From assembly GCA_963708395.1 (NCBI GenBank), contig CAVPSG010000002.1, positions 901,100 through 965,099 on the forward strand: a stretch of 64,000 nt of DNA, written 5' to 3'. The position numbers were made by a program, and so were the translations under genes. The DNA is from an uncultured Acidobacteriota bacterium. Its GTDB lineage: Bacteria > Acidobacteriota > Thermoanaerobaculia > UBA5066 > Gp7-AA6. Each line of letters starts with the position of its first letter. Position 1 is the first letter of the stretch. Below are positions 50,161-59,670 of this stretch, piece after piece. Below the pieces are notes generated by a model that was not told where the DNA came from, did no database searches, and saw only the letters and a list, made by a program, of their open reading frames with translations.

Positions 50161-50881
50161 ACACGTGCACGTCGTAATAGAGGATCCGCTTGCAGCTGTC
50201 GCAGTAGACCATCTCCCGGCCGGCCTTGAGCAGCTGCAGCGCCGCCGGGCGGATCTTCACGTGGCACGCGGAGCAGGAGTAGGAGCTCGCGATCTGGATG
50301 ACGCGCGAGACCGCGATCCCGCGCTTCTTGTCGAGCAGGCGATGGAACTCCGCACGGTCCCGGGGCGGGATCGAGGCTTCGAGCCCCTCGATTTCCTTCT
50401 GAGCCTGGGTCAGCTCGTCGTTGATCGCCCGCTGCGCGACCCGCCAGTCCTTGAGCTTCTCCTCGTGCTCCGCGGTCTCGGCGGGAAGGCTCTTCTCGCG
50501 CGTCTCGAGCTCTCCGCGCGCGGACTCGATCTCCTCCTCGAGGCCGAGGAATTTTTCCTCCGTCGTGCGGATCAGACGTTCGACGCCGTCGATCTCGTTC
50601 AGGACCGCCGAGTATTCGCGACTCGACTGCACGCTCCGCAGCTGCGTCTGGTACTTCTTATGCTTTTCCTTGAGATCGGTGAGCTCCGCTTCGGCACGGC
50701 GCGCTTCCTTGTCGGCCTCCGCCAGACGGGTCTTCAGCCGATCGACCGCATCCACCTTTTCGCGGTACTCCCGATCCACTTCGACGAGGTCGGCCGGCAC
50801 GGTGTCGCGCTCGCGCATGCGCTCGCGCACGAACTGGATGCGGTCCTGGAGCCGGTGGAGCTGCTCGAGCAGGGCGCTCAT
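50159..50881 (-). CDS. Coiled-coil protein with C-terminal C4 zinc ribbon (COG1579/DUF164-like)
   Basis: MSALLEQLHRLQDRIQFVRE..., a long coiled coil, then SCSACHVKIRPAALQLL...VYCDSCKRILYYD. Confidence 0.8.
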   Translation of the reverse strand: MSALLEQLHRLQDRIQFVRERMRERDTVPADLVEVDREYREKVDAVDRLKTRLAEADKEARRAEAELTDLKEKHKKYQTQLRSVQSSREYSAVLNEIDGVERLIRTTEEKFLGLEEEIESARGELETREKSLPAETAEHEEKLKDWRVAQRAINDELTQAQKEIEGLEASIPPRDRAEFHRLLDKKRGIAVSRVIQIASSYSCSACHVKIRPAALQLLKAGREMVYCDSCKRILYYDVHV

Positions 50882-50900
50882 CGCGCGCCCGCCGGGGCAA

Positions 50901-50934
50901 CAAAAAGGGGTGTCCCTCTCGCAGGGCACCCCTG
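50901..50934 (-). terminator. Intrinsic terminator downstream of tRNA-Met
   Basis: The minus strand reads GGGGUGCCCU-GCGAG-AGGGACACCCC (10 bp, one bulge) followed by UUUUUGUUG. Confidence 0.7.
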
Positions 50935-51018
50935 GTGGTTTGCTTCCGTCGTCTGGTCTCGGTCTTCTGTCAGCGTTCCCCTCAAAGCTCCCCGCATTCC
51001 CTTCGTGACCACCCGGTC

Positions 51019-51095
51019 TGGTGGGTCCACTCGGATTCGAACCGAGGTCTGACCGGTTATGAGCCGGTGGCTCTAGACCGCTGAGCTATGGACCC
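51019..51095 (-). tRNA. tRNA-Met (anticodon CAU), elongator-like. A lysidine-modified Ile2 identity is not excluded.
   Basis: Manual cloverleaf: GGGTCCA/TGGACCC acceptor, GCTC/GAGC D stem, ACCGG-CTCATAA-CCGGT anticodon arm, CTCGG-TTCGAAT-CCGAG T arm, encoded ACCA. G1-C72 is paired and there is no GGG/CCC anticodon stem, so it is not an initiator. Confidence 0.9.
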
Positions 51096-51171
51096 CGGCG
51101 CTCGGCTTCGTATCCGGCGGGAATATATCAGACCCTCCCAGAGCAGGTTTCGCGACTCACGTCCACGACGT

Positions 51172-51864
51172 CTACGGAAATTCGCACTCCTCCGGCGGGC
51201 AATACAGTGCGCAAAAGCTCCCATCTTGGTTGACACAGCAGTTATAGAGCCGCTGAGAGCAATAGAAGCAAATCATGTCGGAGGCGGGTGCGCAGGAGCA
51301 GCAGTGGTAGTAGTTGCCATCGGGCATGAGCGTATTGCTCTCCGAGTAGATCGACGTCGAGAAGTCGCCGCCGCCGATGCCGGCATCCGCCACGAAGTCC
51401 TCACCCTGCGAACCGTCGGGAAGGGGACCGTAAACCCAGATGGAAATTCGGTCGTCCGTGGCTGGCCTCATGCTCATCTGCGCCGACGGGTGCCCGTCGG
51501 GAAGGTCCGTCGTCGTCGAGATGATCTCCAGGGTCGTCTCGTGCTCGTGCTGCGCCCACCAGGCTTGCCCCTCGGCCGTCCTCAGGAACGCATTGTCCCC
51601 GACGAGGAGAAGACGAACGTGGCTCGGCTCCGAGTAGACGCGGATCCCTTTCGTCGCGATCGGCCCGGGCTCGACGTCCAGGAGGAGCGGATTCTTCCTG
51701 TTCACCTGGGGAATCAATCGCCCGCTAACCTTTACCACGAGAGTCGTTCCTCGGGGTGGTTCTTTCATTCTCGTTCCGCCATTCTTCGGACTCGGCAAGT
51801 CCTGTCCGAAAGCGGAAACGGCGGCCATTATGCAACCAAGCCAGAGCGCGCCGTGAACTCTCAT
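51172..51864 (-). CDS. Secreted hypothetical protein with an extremely Cys-rich C-terminal tail
   Basis: 230-aa ORF with a signal peptide (ALWLGCIMAAVSAFGQD). The last 46 aa are YYHCCSCAPASDMICFYCSQRLYNCCVNQDGSFCALYCPPEECEFP, with 12 Cys. GC content is visibly lower than in the flanks. SD GGGGGTGA. Confidence 0.65.
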   Translation of the reverse strand: MRVHGALWLGCIMAAVSAFGQDLPSPKNGGTRMKEPPRGTTLVVKVSGRLIPQVNRKNPLLLDVEPGPIATKGIRVYSEPSHVRLLLVGDNAFLRTAEGQAWWAQHEHETTLEIISTTTDLPDGHPSAQMSMRPATDDRISIWVYGPLPDGSQGEDFVADAGIGGGDFSTSIYSESNTLMPDGNYYHCCSCAPASDMICFYCSQRLYNCCVNQDGSFCALYCPPEECEFP

Positions 51865-51898
51865 TCGTCACCCCCCGGTGAGAATTTTAGCGCCTGCC

Positions 51899-53572
51899 TC
51901 AGCGGATCGTTTCGAGGAATGGGCGCAGCTTCTTGGCCCGCGAGGGGTGCCGCAGCTTCCGGAGCGCCTTCGACTCGATCTGCCGGATGCGCTCGCGCGT
52001 GACGTTGAAGGAGCGGCCGACTTCCTCGAGCGTGTGCTCGGACCCGTCGCCGACGCCGAAGCGCATCTTGAGCACCTGCTCCTCGCGCGGCGTCAAGGAC
52101 TTCAGCACGCGGCGCGTCTGGTCCTGCAGGTTCGACACGAGGACGGCGTCGATCGGCGAGAGGACCTGGCGGTCCTCGATGAAATCGCCCAGATGCGAAT
52201 CTTCTTCCTCGCCGATCGGGGTCTCGAGCGAGATCGGCTCCTGCGCGATCTTCATGATCTTGCGGACCTTGGAGACCGGCATGTCCATGCGCTTGGCGAT
52301 CTCCTCGGCGTTGGGCTCGCGGCCGAGCTCCTGCACGAGGGACCGCGACGTGCGCGTGAGCTTGTTGATCGTCTCGATCATGTGCACGGGGATGCGGATC
52401 GTGCGCGCCTGGTCGGCGATGGCGCGCGTGATCGCCTGGCGGATCCACCACGTGGCGTACGTCGAGAACTTGTATCCGCGCCGATGCTCGAACTTCTCGA
52501 CCGCCTTCATCAGGCCGATGTTGCCTTCCTGGATCAAATCGAGGAACTGGAGCCCGCGGTTCGTGTACTTCTTCGCGATCGAGACGACGAGGCGCAGGTT
52601 CGCCACGATGAGCTCGTGCTTCGCCTGGTCGGCCTCCTCCTCGCCCTCGCGCACCATGCGCTGGGTCTTCTTGACGTCTTCGTGCGTGACGCCGAACTTC
52701 ACCTCGAGCTCGCGGAGCGCCTTGCGGTACTTCGCGATGCGGCGGCGGTAGAAGTCGAGGCGCGCCGGGTTCTTTTCGCGCTTGAGCGTCAGCGTGTCCT
52801 GGCGCATCGTGGACTCGGGCACCGACATCTGGCGGTCGATGTCCCTGAGGATCCCGATCGCGCGGTTGAGGACGGCCGGTGTGAAGTCCGCCTTCCGGAT
52901 CAGGTTCGCCATCTCGGCGATGCGGCGGTCGATCGAGCTCTCGATGCGCGCCAGGGACTTGGAGCCCCGCTTGATCGTGCGCGCCTTGAACTTCATCCGC
53001 TTGATGTCTTTGTCGAGCCCGCCGATCTTCTTGAAGCTCGCGAGCACGCCCTCGATCCGGCGCGTCGCGCGGTCGTCCATCTCCTCCTCTTCCGCTTCGT
53101 CGGAGGGATTGATGAGCTCCTTGACCATGCGGGCGTCGCGGCCGGCGCTCTCGAGGAGTTTCAGGATCTCTTCGAGGACGACCGGGTTGTTGGCGAGCGC
53201 CTGGTAAATCTTGGCCTCACCCTGTTCGATGCGCTTGGCGATGCGGACCTCGCCCTCGCGGTCGAGCAGCTTGACCGTACCCATCTCGCGCAGATACATG
53301 CGCACGGGGTCGTTGGTCTTCTCGACGGCCTCGCGGGCTTCCTCGGCCGACTCGGCCTCGAGCGCCGCCCGGCGGCGCGCCGCGCGGTCCGGATCGGTGA
53401 CGATCTCGACGCCGAGGTCGAAGAGGCGCACGTACACTTCCTCGAGGTCCATCGGAGTTCCCGTGACCTCGTCGGACAGGACGGTCTGCATCTCTTCGTA
53501 GAGCAGGTAGCCCTTCTCCTTGCCCACGCGCAGGAGAGCCGCAACCTCGGGGTACCGTTCCTCAATCACCAA
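51899..53572 (-). CDS. rpoD: Primary RNA polymerase sigma factor (sigma-70)
   Basis: ...[74 protein letters not shown]...[30 protein letters not shown]. Confidence 0.97.
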   Translation of the reverse strand: MVIEERYPEVAALLRVGKEKGYLLYEEMQTVLSDEVTGTPMDLEEVYVRLFDLGVEIVTDPDRAARRRAALEAESAEEAREAVEKTNDPVRMYLREMGTVKLLDREGEVRIAKRIEQGEAKIYQALANNPVVLEEILKLLESAGRDARMVKELINPSDEAEEEEMDDRATRRIEGVLASFKKIGGLDKDIKRMKFKARTIKRGSKSLARIESSIDRRIAEMANLIRKADFTPAVLNRAIGILRDIDRQMSVPESTMRQDTLTLKREKNPARLDFYRRRIAKYRKALRELEVKFGVTHEDVKKTQRMVREGEEEADQAKHELIVANLRLVVSIAKKYTNRGLQFLDLIQEGNIGLMKAVEKFEHRRGYKFSTYATWWIRQAITRAIADQARTIRIPVHMIETINKLTRTSRSLVQELGREPNAEEIAKRMDMPVSKVRKIMKIAQEPISLETPIGEEEDSHLGDFIEDRQVLSPIDAVLVSNLQDQTRRVLKSLTPREEQVLKMRFGVGDGSEHTLEEVGRSFNVTRERIRQIESKALRKLRHPSRAKKLRPFLETIR

Positions 53573-55355
53573 GCTCGTTTCCTTTCCGGGAGGACTTCAG
53601 CTCCGCGATCCTCCGGTCGGTGGCCATCTTCTTCCGCAGCAACTCGTTGTCTTCCGGCGAGCGTCCGATCGCCGCGAGCAATGCGGCGCTCTCCCGCCGG
53701 AGGTAGTCCTGTTCCAATTTGTCGAGCACCTGAGTCACCCGCTGGGTGGTCGGCTCGAGCCCTTCCTCGGTAACCGCCTGAGCCAGGAGATTCTTCTGAT
53801 CGTCGTTAAGGTGGGCGATTATCCTCTGAAAATCAACAGGTTCCGACGCCCTCTCGGCCCGAAAGGCGGCCGCGATGGCGCGGACACCGTCCCGGGAGAG
53901 CCAATCGTCATTCAAGCGCCCTAGAATCAGAGAGATATGCTCGCCCCCCCGCACCAGGATCGGTAGCAACGCACTCTCGGCATCCGGAATTCCCCCGTCG
54001 GGTAACACAGCTTTCGACGGCGCCGTTCCCGCCGAGGCCCGTGGAGGCGCCCCCGCCGTGCGCGGCTTGATCCGGTCCCAGAGAACCTCGAGCGGAACCG
54101 CGACGGACTCCGCCACCCTCCGGCATTCCTCGTGCCGGAGGATCGAGTCCGGTATCTCCTTTACGCTGTCGAGGAGGCCGGCGATTCGCGCGCTCCGCTC
54201 GGCCGCGGAGATGCCGTGCTCGGCGGGGTGCACCTCCTCGAGGAGCCAGGCCAGGAAGTCGGGCGCCCCGGCGATCCGGGCGGCGAGATCGGCTGGGCCG
54301 GCGCGCTGGAGGACGTCGTCCGGGTCCTCGCCCGGCGGCATTCGCGCGACCGCGACGGACAGGCCCTGCGCCAGGCACAGCCCGATCGCCGCGCGGGTCG
54401 CCGACCGGCCGGCCGGGTCGCCGTCGTAGCAGAGGATGACGCGCTCGCAGAGCCGCCGCAGTTTCTCCGCCTGTTCGGGAGTCAGCGCCGTGCCCATCGT
54501 CGCGACGGTCTCCTCGACGCCGGCGCGCACGAGCGCCAGGTGGTCGAAGTAGCCCTCGACCAGGACCGTCCGCTCCTGCCGGCGGATGGCGTCGCGCGCC
54601 TGCGAGAGCCCGTAGAGCGTCCGCTTCTTGTGGAAGAGCGGCGTCTCGGGCGAGTTCAGGTATTTCGGCTCCTGCCCGTCGGCGAGCGCGCGGCCGCCGA
54701 AACCGACGGCCCGGCCGCGGTCGTCGCGGAGCACGAAGAGGAGACGATTGCGGAAGCGGTCGTACGCACCCTTGGTGTCGGCCCGGGGCTGCAGCAACCC
54801 CGCCTCGACGAGGAGCGCCTCGGGGAAGTCGCCCGAGAGGCGCCGCGCGAGCGCGTCCCACGAGTCGGGCGCGTATCCGAGCCCGAGGTGCCGGCGCATC
54901 TCCTCCGGCACGCCGCGCCCCTCGAGATACGCGGCCGCGGGATTCTTCGGTTTGTCGAGCTCTCCCGCGTAGAAGCCCTGTGCGCGCGCGACGGCCTCGA
55001 GCAGCTGCTCGCGCCGGTCGTCGCGCGGGCCGCGGGCGCGCTTCGGGATCGCGACGCCGAATCGGCCGGCGAGCGCCTCGACGGCCTCCGGGAAATCCAG
55101 GCGGTCGATCTGGCGCACGAAGTGGATGACGTCGCCGCCCGCGCCGCAGCCGAAGCAGTGGTACAGGCCCTTCTCGCGGTCCACGGTGAACGACGGCGTC
55201 CGCTCGTTGTGGAAGGGGCAGAGACCCTTCCAGGAGCGCCCGGCCTTTTTCAGCCGCGTGTGCTCGCCGATCACCTCGATGATGTCGGCGGCGCTGCGCA
55301 GCTCGGCCAGCACGCGGTCGTTGATGTCGAGATCGCTCATGCAGTCTGTTGCCAT
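53562..55355 (-). CDS. dnaG: DNA primase
   Basis: [34 protein letters not shown] (zinc finger), then the Toprim region [12 protein letters not shown]...ATMGTALT...YDGDPAG. Confidence 0.95.
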   Translation of the reverse strand: MATDCMSDLDINDRVLAELRSAADIIEVIGEHTRLKKAGRSWKGLCPFHNERTPSFTVDREKGLYHCFGCGAGGDVIHFVRQIDRLDFPEAVEALAGRFGVAIPKRARGPRDDRREQLLEAVARAQGFYAGELDKPKNPAAAYLEGRGVPEEMRRHLGLGYAPDSWDALARRLSGDFPEALLVEAGLLQPRADTKGAYDRFRNRLLFVLRDDRGRAVGFGGRALADGQEPKYLNSPETPLFHKKRTLYGLSQARDAIRRQERTVLVEGYFDHLALVRAGVEETVATMGTALTPEQAEKLRRLCERVILCYDGDPAGRSATRAAIGLCLAQGLSVAVARMPPGEDPDDVLQRAGPADLAARIAGAPDFLAWLLEEVHPAEHGISAAERSARIAGLLDSVKEIPDSILRHEECRRVAESVAVPLEVLWDRIKPRTAGAPPRASAGTAPSKAVLPDGGIPDAESALLPILVRGGEHISLILGRLNDDWLSRDGVRAIAAAFRAERASEPVDFQRIIAHLNDDQKNLLAQAVTEEGLEPTTQRVTQVLDKLEQDYLRRESAALLAAIGRSPEDNELLRKKMATDRRIAELKSSRKGNELGD

Positions 55356-55359
55356 TCTA

Positions 55360-55431
55360 GACTAAGGACTAAGGACTAGGGACTCCTTCTTCTTGATCCA
55401 ATCATTTGTCCGTAGTCCTTGGTCCCTAGTC
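55360..55431. repeat. Heptamer-periodic long hairpin (GGAC family) filling the mutS2-stop to dnaG-start gap
   Basis: Arm 1 is GACTAAGGACTAAGGACTAGGGAC (55360-55383). Arm 2 is GTCCGTAGTCCTTGGTCCCTAGTC (55408-55431). 21 of 24 positions are complementary, with a 24-nt loop. Confidence 0.85.
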
Positions 55432-55433
55432 GA

Positions 55434-57840
55434 TCACTTGAGTTCCACAATGGTCGCTCCATTCCCGCCTTCGCGCGCGTCCGCGGCGCGGATCGAGGAC
55501 ACGGCGCGATGGCCGCGCAGGTGCTCGCGGAGCCCGTCGCGCAGCCGTCCCGTGCCGTGCCCGTGCACGATGCGCAGACGCGCGTCGCCGGCCACGATGG
55601 TTGCGTCGATCGCGCGCTCGACCTCCTCGATCGCGTCGTCGAGATGCTTTCCGATGACGTGGACTTCGAGCGTCCTCGCCGCGAGGCCCGGCCCGGCGAC
55701 CGGTTGTTTCTGCGAGCGCGGCGGAGCCGGCGGCGCCGGGCGCCCTCCACCGGCCGACTCGACGTCCGAACGTTTCCAGCGCATGCGCTTGCCGGCGACT
55801 TCGAGCCACACGGTGTCGCCCTCGATCGCGCGCACGATGCCCTCCGTCTTCGAGCCGGAGAGCCGCGCGCGTGCGCCGACAAGGAGCTCGCGCGAGCGCT
55901 CTTCCGAAAACGCCTCGGCCTCGGCGAGCACGGTCTCCTCGGCCGCGGTCTCCCGCTCGGCCGTGTCGAGGACGCGGGACGCCGACGCCTGCGCCAGGCG
56001 CGCGGTGTCCTGCCGGATGCGCGAGAGCTCGTCGGCCACCTCGCGCGCGAGCTTGGCGCGGGCGCGCTCGAATCCGGACTTGCCTTCCTCGAGGAGCTTC
56101 GCGCGCTCTCGCGCGAGCGCTTCGCGCTCGTTCGCCAGGTGCGCCGCCTCCGCCGCGGCCCGGCCGCGTTCCTCCGCCGCCGCCTGCTCGAGCCGGCGCA
56201 GCCGCTCCAGCGCCGCCTCCGCCTCCGACTCGGTCTTCTCGCGCCGCCGCCAGGCCTCGCCCAGGATCTCGCGTGCCCGCGCGAGGACCGGCTCCGGAAT
56301 CCCGCGCTCCTCCGCCACGGCCAGCGCGTGGCTCCTCCCCGAGAGGCCCGGATGGAGGCGATAGTTCGGGGCGCCGGTCTCCTCATCGAACTCCATCGCC
56401 GCGCAGACGGCGTCGTCGCGCCCGGCGGCGAGGTTCTTGACTGCCGAGAGATGCGTCGTGACGATCGCGCGTCCGCCGCGTGCGAGCAGCGCTTCGAGCC
56501 ATGCGACCGCGAGGGCGCTCCCTTCCTCGGGATCCGTCGCGCCGCCAATCTCGTCCACGAGCGCCAGGGCGCCCGGTCCGGCGCCGGCCAGGATCTCCGC
56601 GAGGATCTCCATCGAGGAGGAGAAGGTCGAGCGGTCGGAGAGGATCGCCTGGGCGTCGCCGATCTCGGCCGCCGCGGAGGTGAAGACCGGCAGGCGCGTG
56701 CCGGGCCCGGCGGGAACCGGGAATCCGGACTGTGCCAGCAGCGTGAAGAGCCCGGCGGTCTTCAGGACCACGGTCTTGCCGCCGGCGTTCGGGCCGGAAA
56801 CGACGAGGAGGCGCTGATTCGGCGCGAGCTCGAGATCGAGCGGCACGGCGTCGCGGGCGGGGCGCGACTCTTCGAGCACGCGGCGCCGCAGGGGCGCGAG
56901 CCGGCCGTCGAGGAGCGGATGCCGCGCGGCGCGCAGGACCCAGGAGCCGTCCTCCGAGATCTCCGGCAGGCGGCCTTCCGACAGTTCCCCGAACTCGACG
57001 CGCGCCTCGAGCGCGTCGAGCGCGGCGAGGCGGCCGACGGCGCGCAGGAGGTCGGGGGACGCATCGAGCACGAGCCCACCGAACTCGGCGAGCAGCCGCT
57101 CGACCTCGCGCCGCTCTTCGGCCGCCGCGAGCGCGAGGTCGTTGTTGGCCTCGACGACCTCGAGGGGCTCGACGAAGACGGTCTGGCCCGATCCCGAGCG
57201 ATCGTGCACGATCCCGGGCACGCGCCCGCGGGCCGAGGCGAGGACGGGCAGGCAATAGCGGTCGTTGCGCTGAACGAGGAGCGCCTCGCCGAGCGCGTCG
57301 CGGCGATCCTCGAGGAGCTTCGACATCCGGCGCGTCACCTCGCCGCGCCGGCGGCGCAGGCGCGCGCGCAGTTCCTTCAGGCGCGGCGACGCGTCGTCGG
57401 AGACCGCGCCGTCGGCCGTGAAGAGGCGACGCGCCCTGTCGAGGAGGGCTTCGAATCGCGGCAGCGCGTCGCGGTGCGCGGAGAGCGCCGGCGTGTCCGC
57501 GCGCTCGAGAAACCGCCGCACGGCTTCCGACGCGCGCGCCGTCGCGAGGATCGGCCGGAAGTCCTCGGGCGCCCCGTAGCCGGCGGCCCCCTCGAGCATC
57601 GCGAGCGCCGGCGCGAGATCGGTCACGCCGGCGAGCGGCAGGCGGCCGTGCGCCGCGCGGAAGGTCCAGACTTCCGAAGTCTCGGCCAGACGCCCGCGCA
57701 CCTCGGCGTCGTCGAACGACGGGTGCGTGCGTCGGATCGCCTCCTGGCCGGGGATCGAGCGGGCGAGGGAGGAAACGAGGCGGAGGACGACGTCGAGCTC
57801 GAGGACCGAGGCGACGTCGCCCGCCGCGAAGGGGGAGTCG
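55434..57840 (-). CDS. mutS2: Endonuclease MutS2 (MutS domain V ATPase plus C-terminal Smr domain). The start codon is unresolved.
   Basis: VVSGPNAGGKTVVLKT...STFSSSMEIL...LVDEIGGATDPEEG...TTHL, and the Smr tail LEVHVIGKHLDDAIEEVERAID...LRIVHGHGTGRLR. There is no ATG, GTG or TTG between the rpsU stop and the conserved N-terminus, so the 5' coordinate is approximate. Confidence 0.88.
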
Positions 57841-57847
57841 GACTCGG

Positions 57848-58054
57848 CTAGATGTTGGCCCGCCGCTCTTCGGCGAGCTTGCGAAGCATCTTCTTGCGCG
57901 CCTGGATCATCTTGCGCTTGCGCTTCGCGCTCGGTTTCTCGTAGTGCTGCCGTTTCTTCAGCTCCGACAGGATGCCGGACTTTTCGCACTTGCGCTTGAA
58001 GCGGCGCATCGCGTTTTCGAAGGATTCGTCTTCCTTGACGTGGACGAGAGGCAC
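57848..58054 (-). CDS. rpsU: 30S ribosomal protein S21
   Basis: (M)[50 protein letters not shown] start, SD AAGGGGGTGA. Confidence 0.95.
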   Translation of the reverse strand: MPLVHVKEDESFENAMRRFKRKCEKSGILSELKKRQHYEKPSAKRKRKMIQARKKMLRKLAEERRANI

Positions 58055-58094
58055 GAACAGTCACCCCCTTCACCGTGGCTTTCGAGAGCTCGAC

Positions 58095-58124
58095 ATCATA
58101 TTTTCGCCCCGCAGGGACTGTCAA
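58095..58124 (-). promoter_or_regulatory. Sigma-70-type promoter upstream of rpsU
   Basis: The minus strand reads TTGACA (58124-58119), an 18-nt spacer, then TATGAT (58100-58095), about 40 nt upstream of the rpsU start. Confidence 0.6.
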
Positions 58125-58285
58125 TGATCTCTTTTCTTTTGAGTCGCTTAAGGAGGACAGTGGCTCGTCATTCGTCCCGGGCCGGGGCGCGGCCGGAGCC
58201 TCCCCGGTCGGTCCACCCGAGGGTCGGATCTCTCAGAGTCGCTTGAGGTTGACTCGGTCGGCGCAGGCCGGATAATGGCTCGAGA

Positions 58286-59650
58286 ATGCAAAACACAGAG
58301 CTTCTCCGTCGGCTGGAAGCCGAGATCGAGCGGCGTCTGCTCGAGCGGTTCGCCGCCCTGCGCGACGAGTTCGACCGGCTTCGTCTCGAAGCCGACCGGC
58401 GCTGGGCGGGATTCCTGGAGCGCTTCGAGCAGGACTTCGCCGGCATCGTGCCGGCCGAGATGCTCGAGCAGAAGCCCGAGGGCGGCGGCTCGCGGGCCGG
58501 AACGGTCTCGATCGAGGACGCCCGGACGCTCGACGCGGGAGCGAACCAGGTCGAGACGCTGCATCGGTTCCTCGAGCTCGCGCGGCGCCGCGCATCGCGC
58601 GTGGCCCTGCTGGTCGCGAAAGGCGGGACGCTCGGCGTCTGGAAGGCGGTCGGCTTCTCGGAGCATGGCCTCGACGATGAAGCGGTTCGCAAAATCACGA
58701 TCTCGCTGTCCGAGTCGAATCCCTTCGCGCGTGTGCTGGACGGATCGCCCGAGCGGCTGCCGCGCGGCAACGAGATCTCGAGCCGCCTCTCGGCGACCGA
58801 CGCGGTGGACGCGATCGTGCTTCCGATGGTCGTGAAGGAAAAGATCTCCGGCGCGGTCTATGCGGACACGGTGCCGGGCGAGGAGAGCCGCTTCGATCCC
58901 GAAGGGCTCGGCGTTCTGACGTTCCTCGCCGGTCTCGTGGTCGACCGCCTCGCATCGCGCAAGCTTCGCCCCGCGCCGCCGCTGCGGCCGCTGCCATCGC
59001 GCCGCGAAGCGCCCGGCGAGGAGGACATCTCGGACCTCGGCATTCCGCGGCCGCGGGAAGTTCCGCTGACGCCCGCCGCGCCGCCGGAGCCGTCGCCAGA
59101 GCTCGCGGCCTTCGAGCCGTCGGCTCCCCCCGCGCCGCCGCCGCCCATCGAGCCCATGCGCGCTGTGGCCGAAGGTCCGGCACCCGAGCCGCCAATTTCG
59201 GCGGGGTGGGAGGCACTGCCGCCGCCCGCGGCCGCCGCCTGGTCGTCACCCGCGGCGACCATGCGGATGCCCGAGGTCGCACCGTCGCCGCCGGTTCCGG
59301 CTCCGGCCCCGGCCTGGAAGCCCGATGCGCCCGCCGCCGCTCCGGCCCCCGCCGCGGCGCCGCGCCGTCTGGCCGGACCGCTCGCGCGCGCGGAGGGCGA
59401 CGAGCGCCGCGAGGAAGCGCGGCGGTTCGCGAAGCTTCTCGTCTCGGAGATCAAGCTCTACAACGAACGCGCGGTCCAGGAGGGGCGGGAGAAGGGCAAC
59501 CTGTACGAGCGCCTGAAGGAAGATATCGACCGCAGCCGGCAGATGTACGACGAACGGATCCCCGAGGACGTGCGCTCGTCGTCCAACTTCTTCTACGAGG
59601 AGCTCGTGCGCACGCTCGCCGACGGCCGCGCGGAGGCGCTCGGGCTTTAG
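58286..59650 (+). CDS. Hypothetical protein: N-terminal coiled coil, GAF-like middle, Pro-rich linker, conserved basic C-terminal module
   Basis: Intact 454-aa ORF. The C-terminal part is EEARRFAKLLVSEIKLYNERAVQEGREKGNLYERLKEDIDRSRQMYDERIP. The domain calls are impressions only. Confidence 0.6.
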   Translation: MQNTELLRRLEAEIERRLLERFAALRDEFDRLRLEADRRWAGFLERFEQDFAGIVPAEMLEQKPEGGGSRAGTVSIEDARTLDAGANQVETLHRFLELARRRASRVALLVAKGGTLGVWKAVGFSEHGLDDEAVRKITISLSESNPFARVLDGSPERLPRGNEISSRLSATDAVDAIVLPMVVKEKISGAVYADTVPGEESRFDPEGLGVLTFLAGLVVDRLASRKLRPAPPLRPLPSRREAPGEEDISDLGIPRPREVPLTPAAPPEPSPELAAFEPSAPPAPPPPIEPMRAVAEGPAPEPPISAGWEALPPPAAAAWSSPAATMRMPEVAPSPPVPAPAPAWKPDAPAAAPAPAAAPRRLAGPLARAEGDERREEARRFAKLLVSEIKLYNERAVQEGREKGNLYERLKEDIDRSRQMYDERIPEDVRSSSNFFYEELVRTLADGRAEALGL

Positions 59651-59670
59651 GCGCTGTAGAACTCGCCCGG

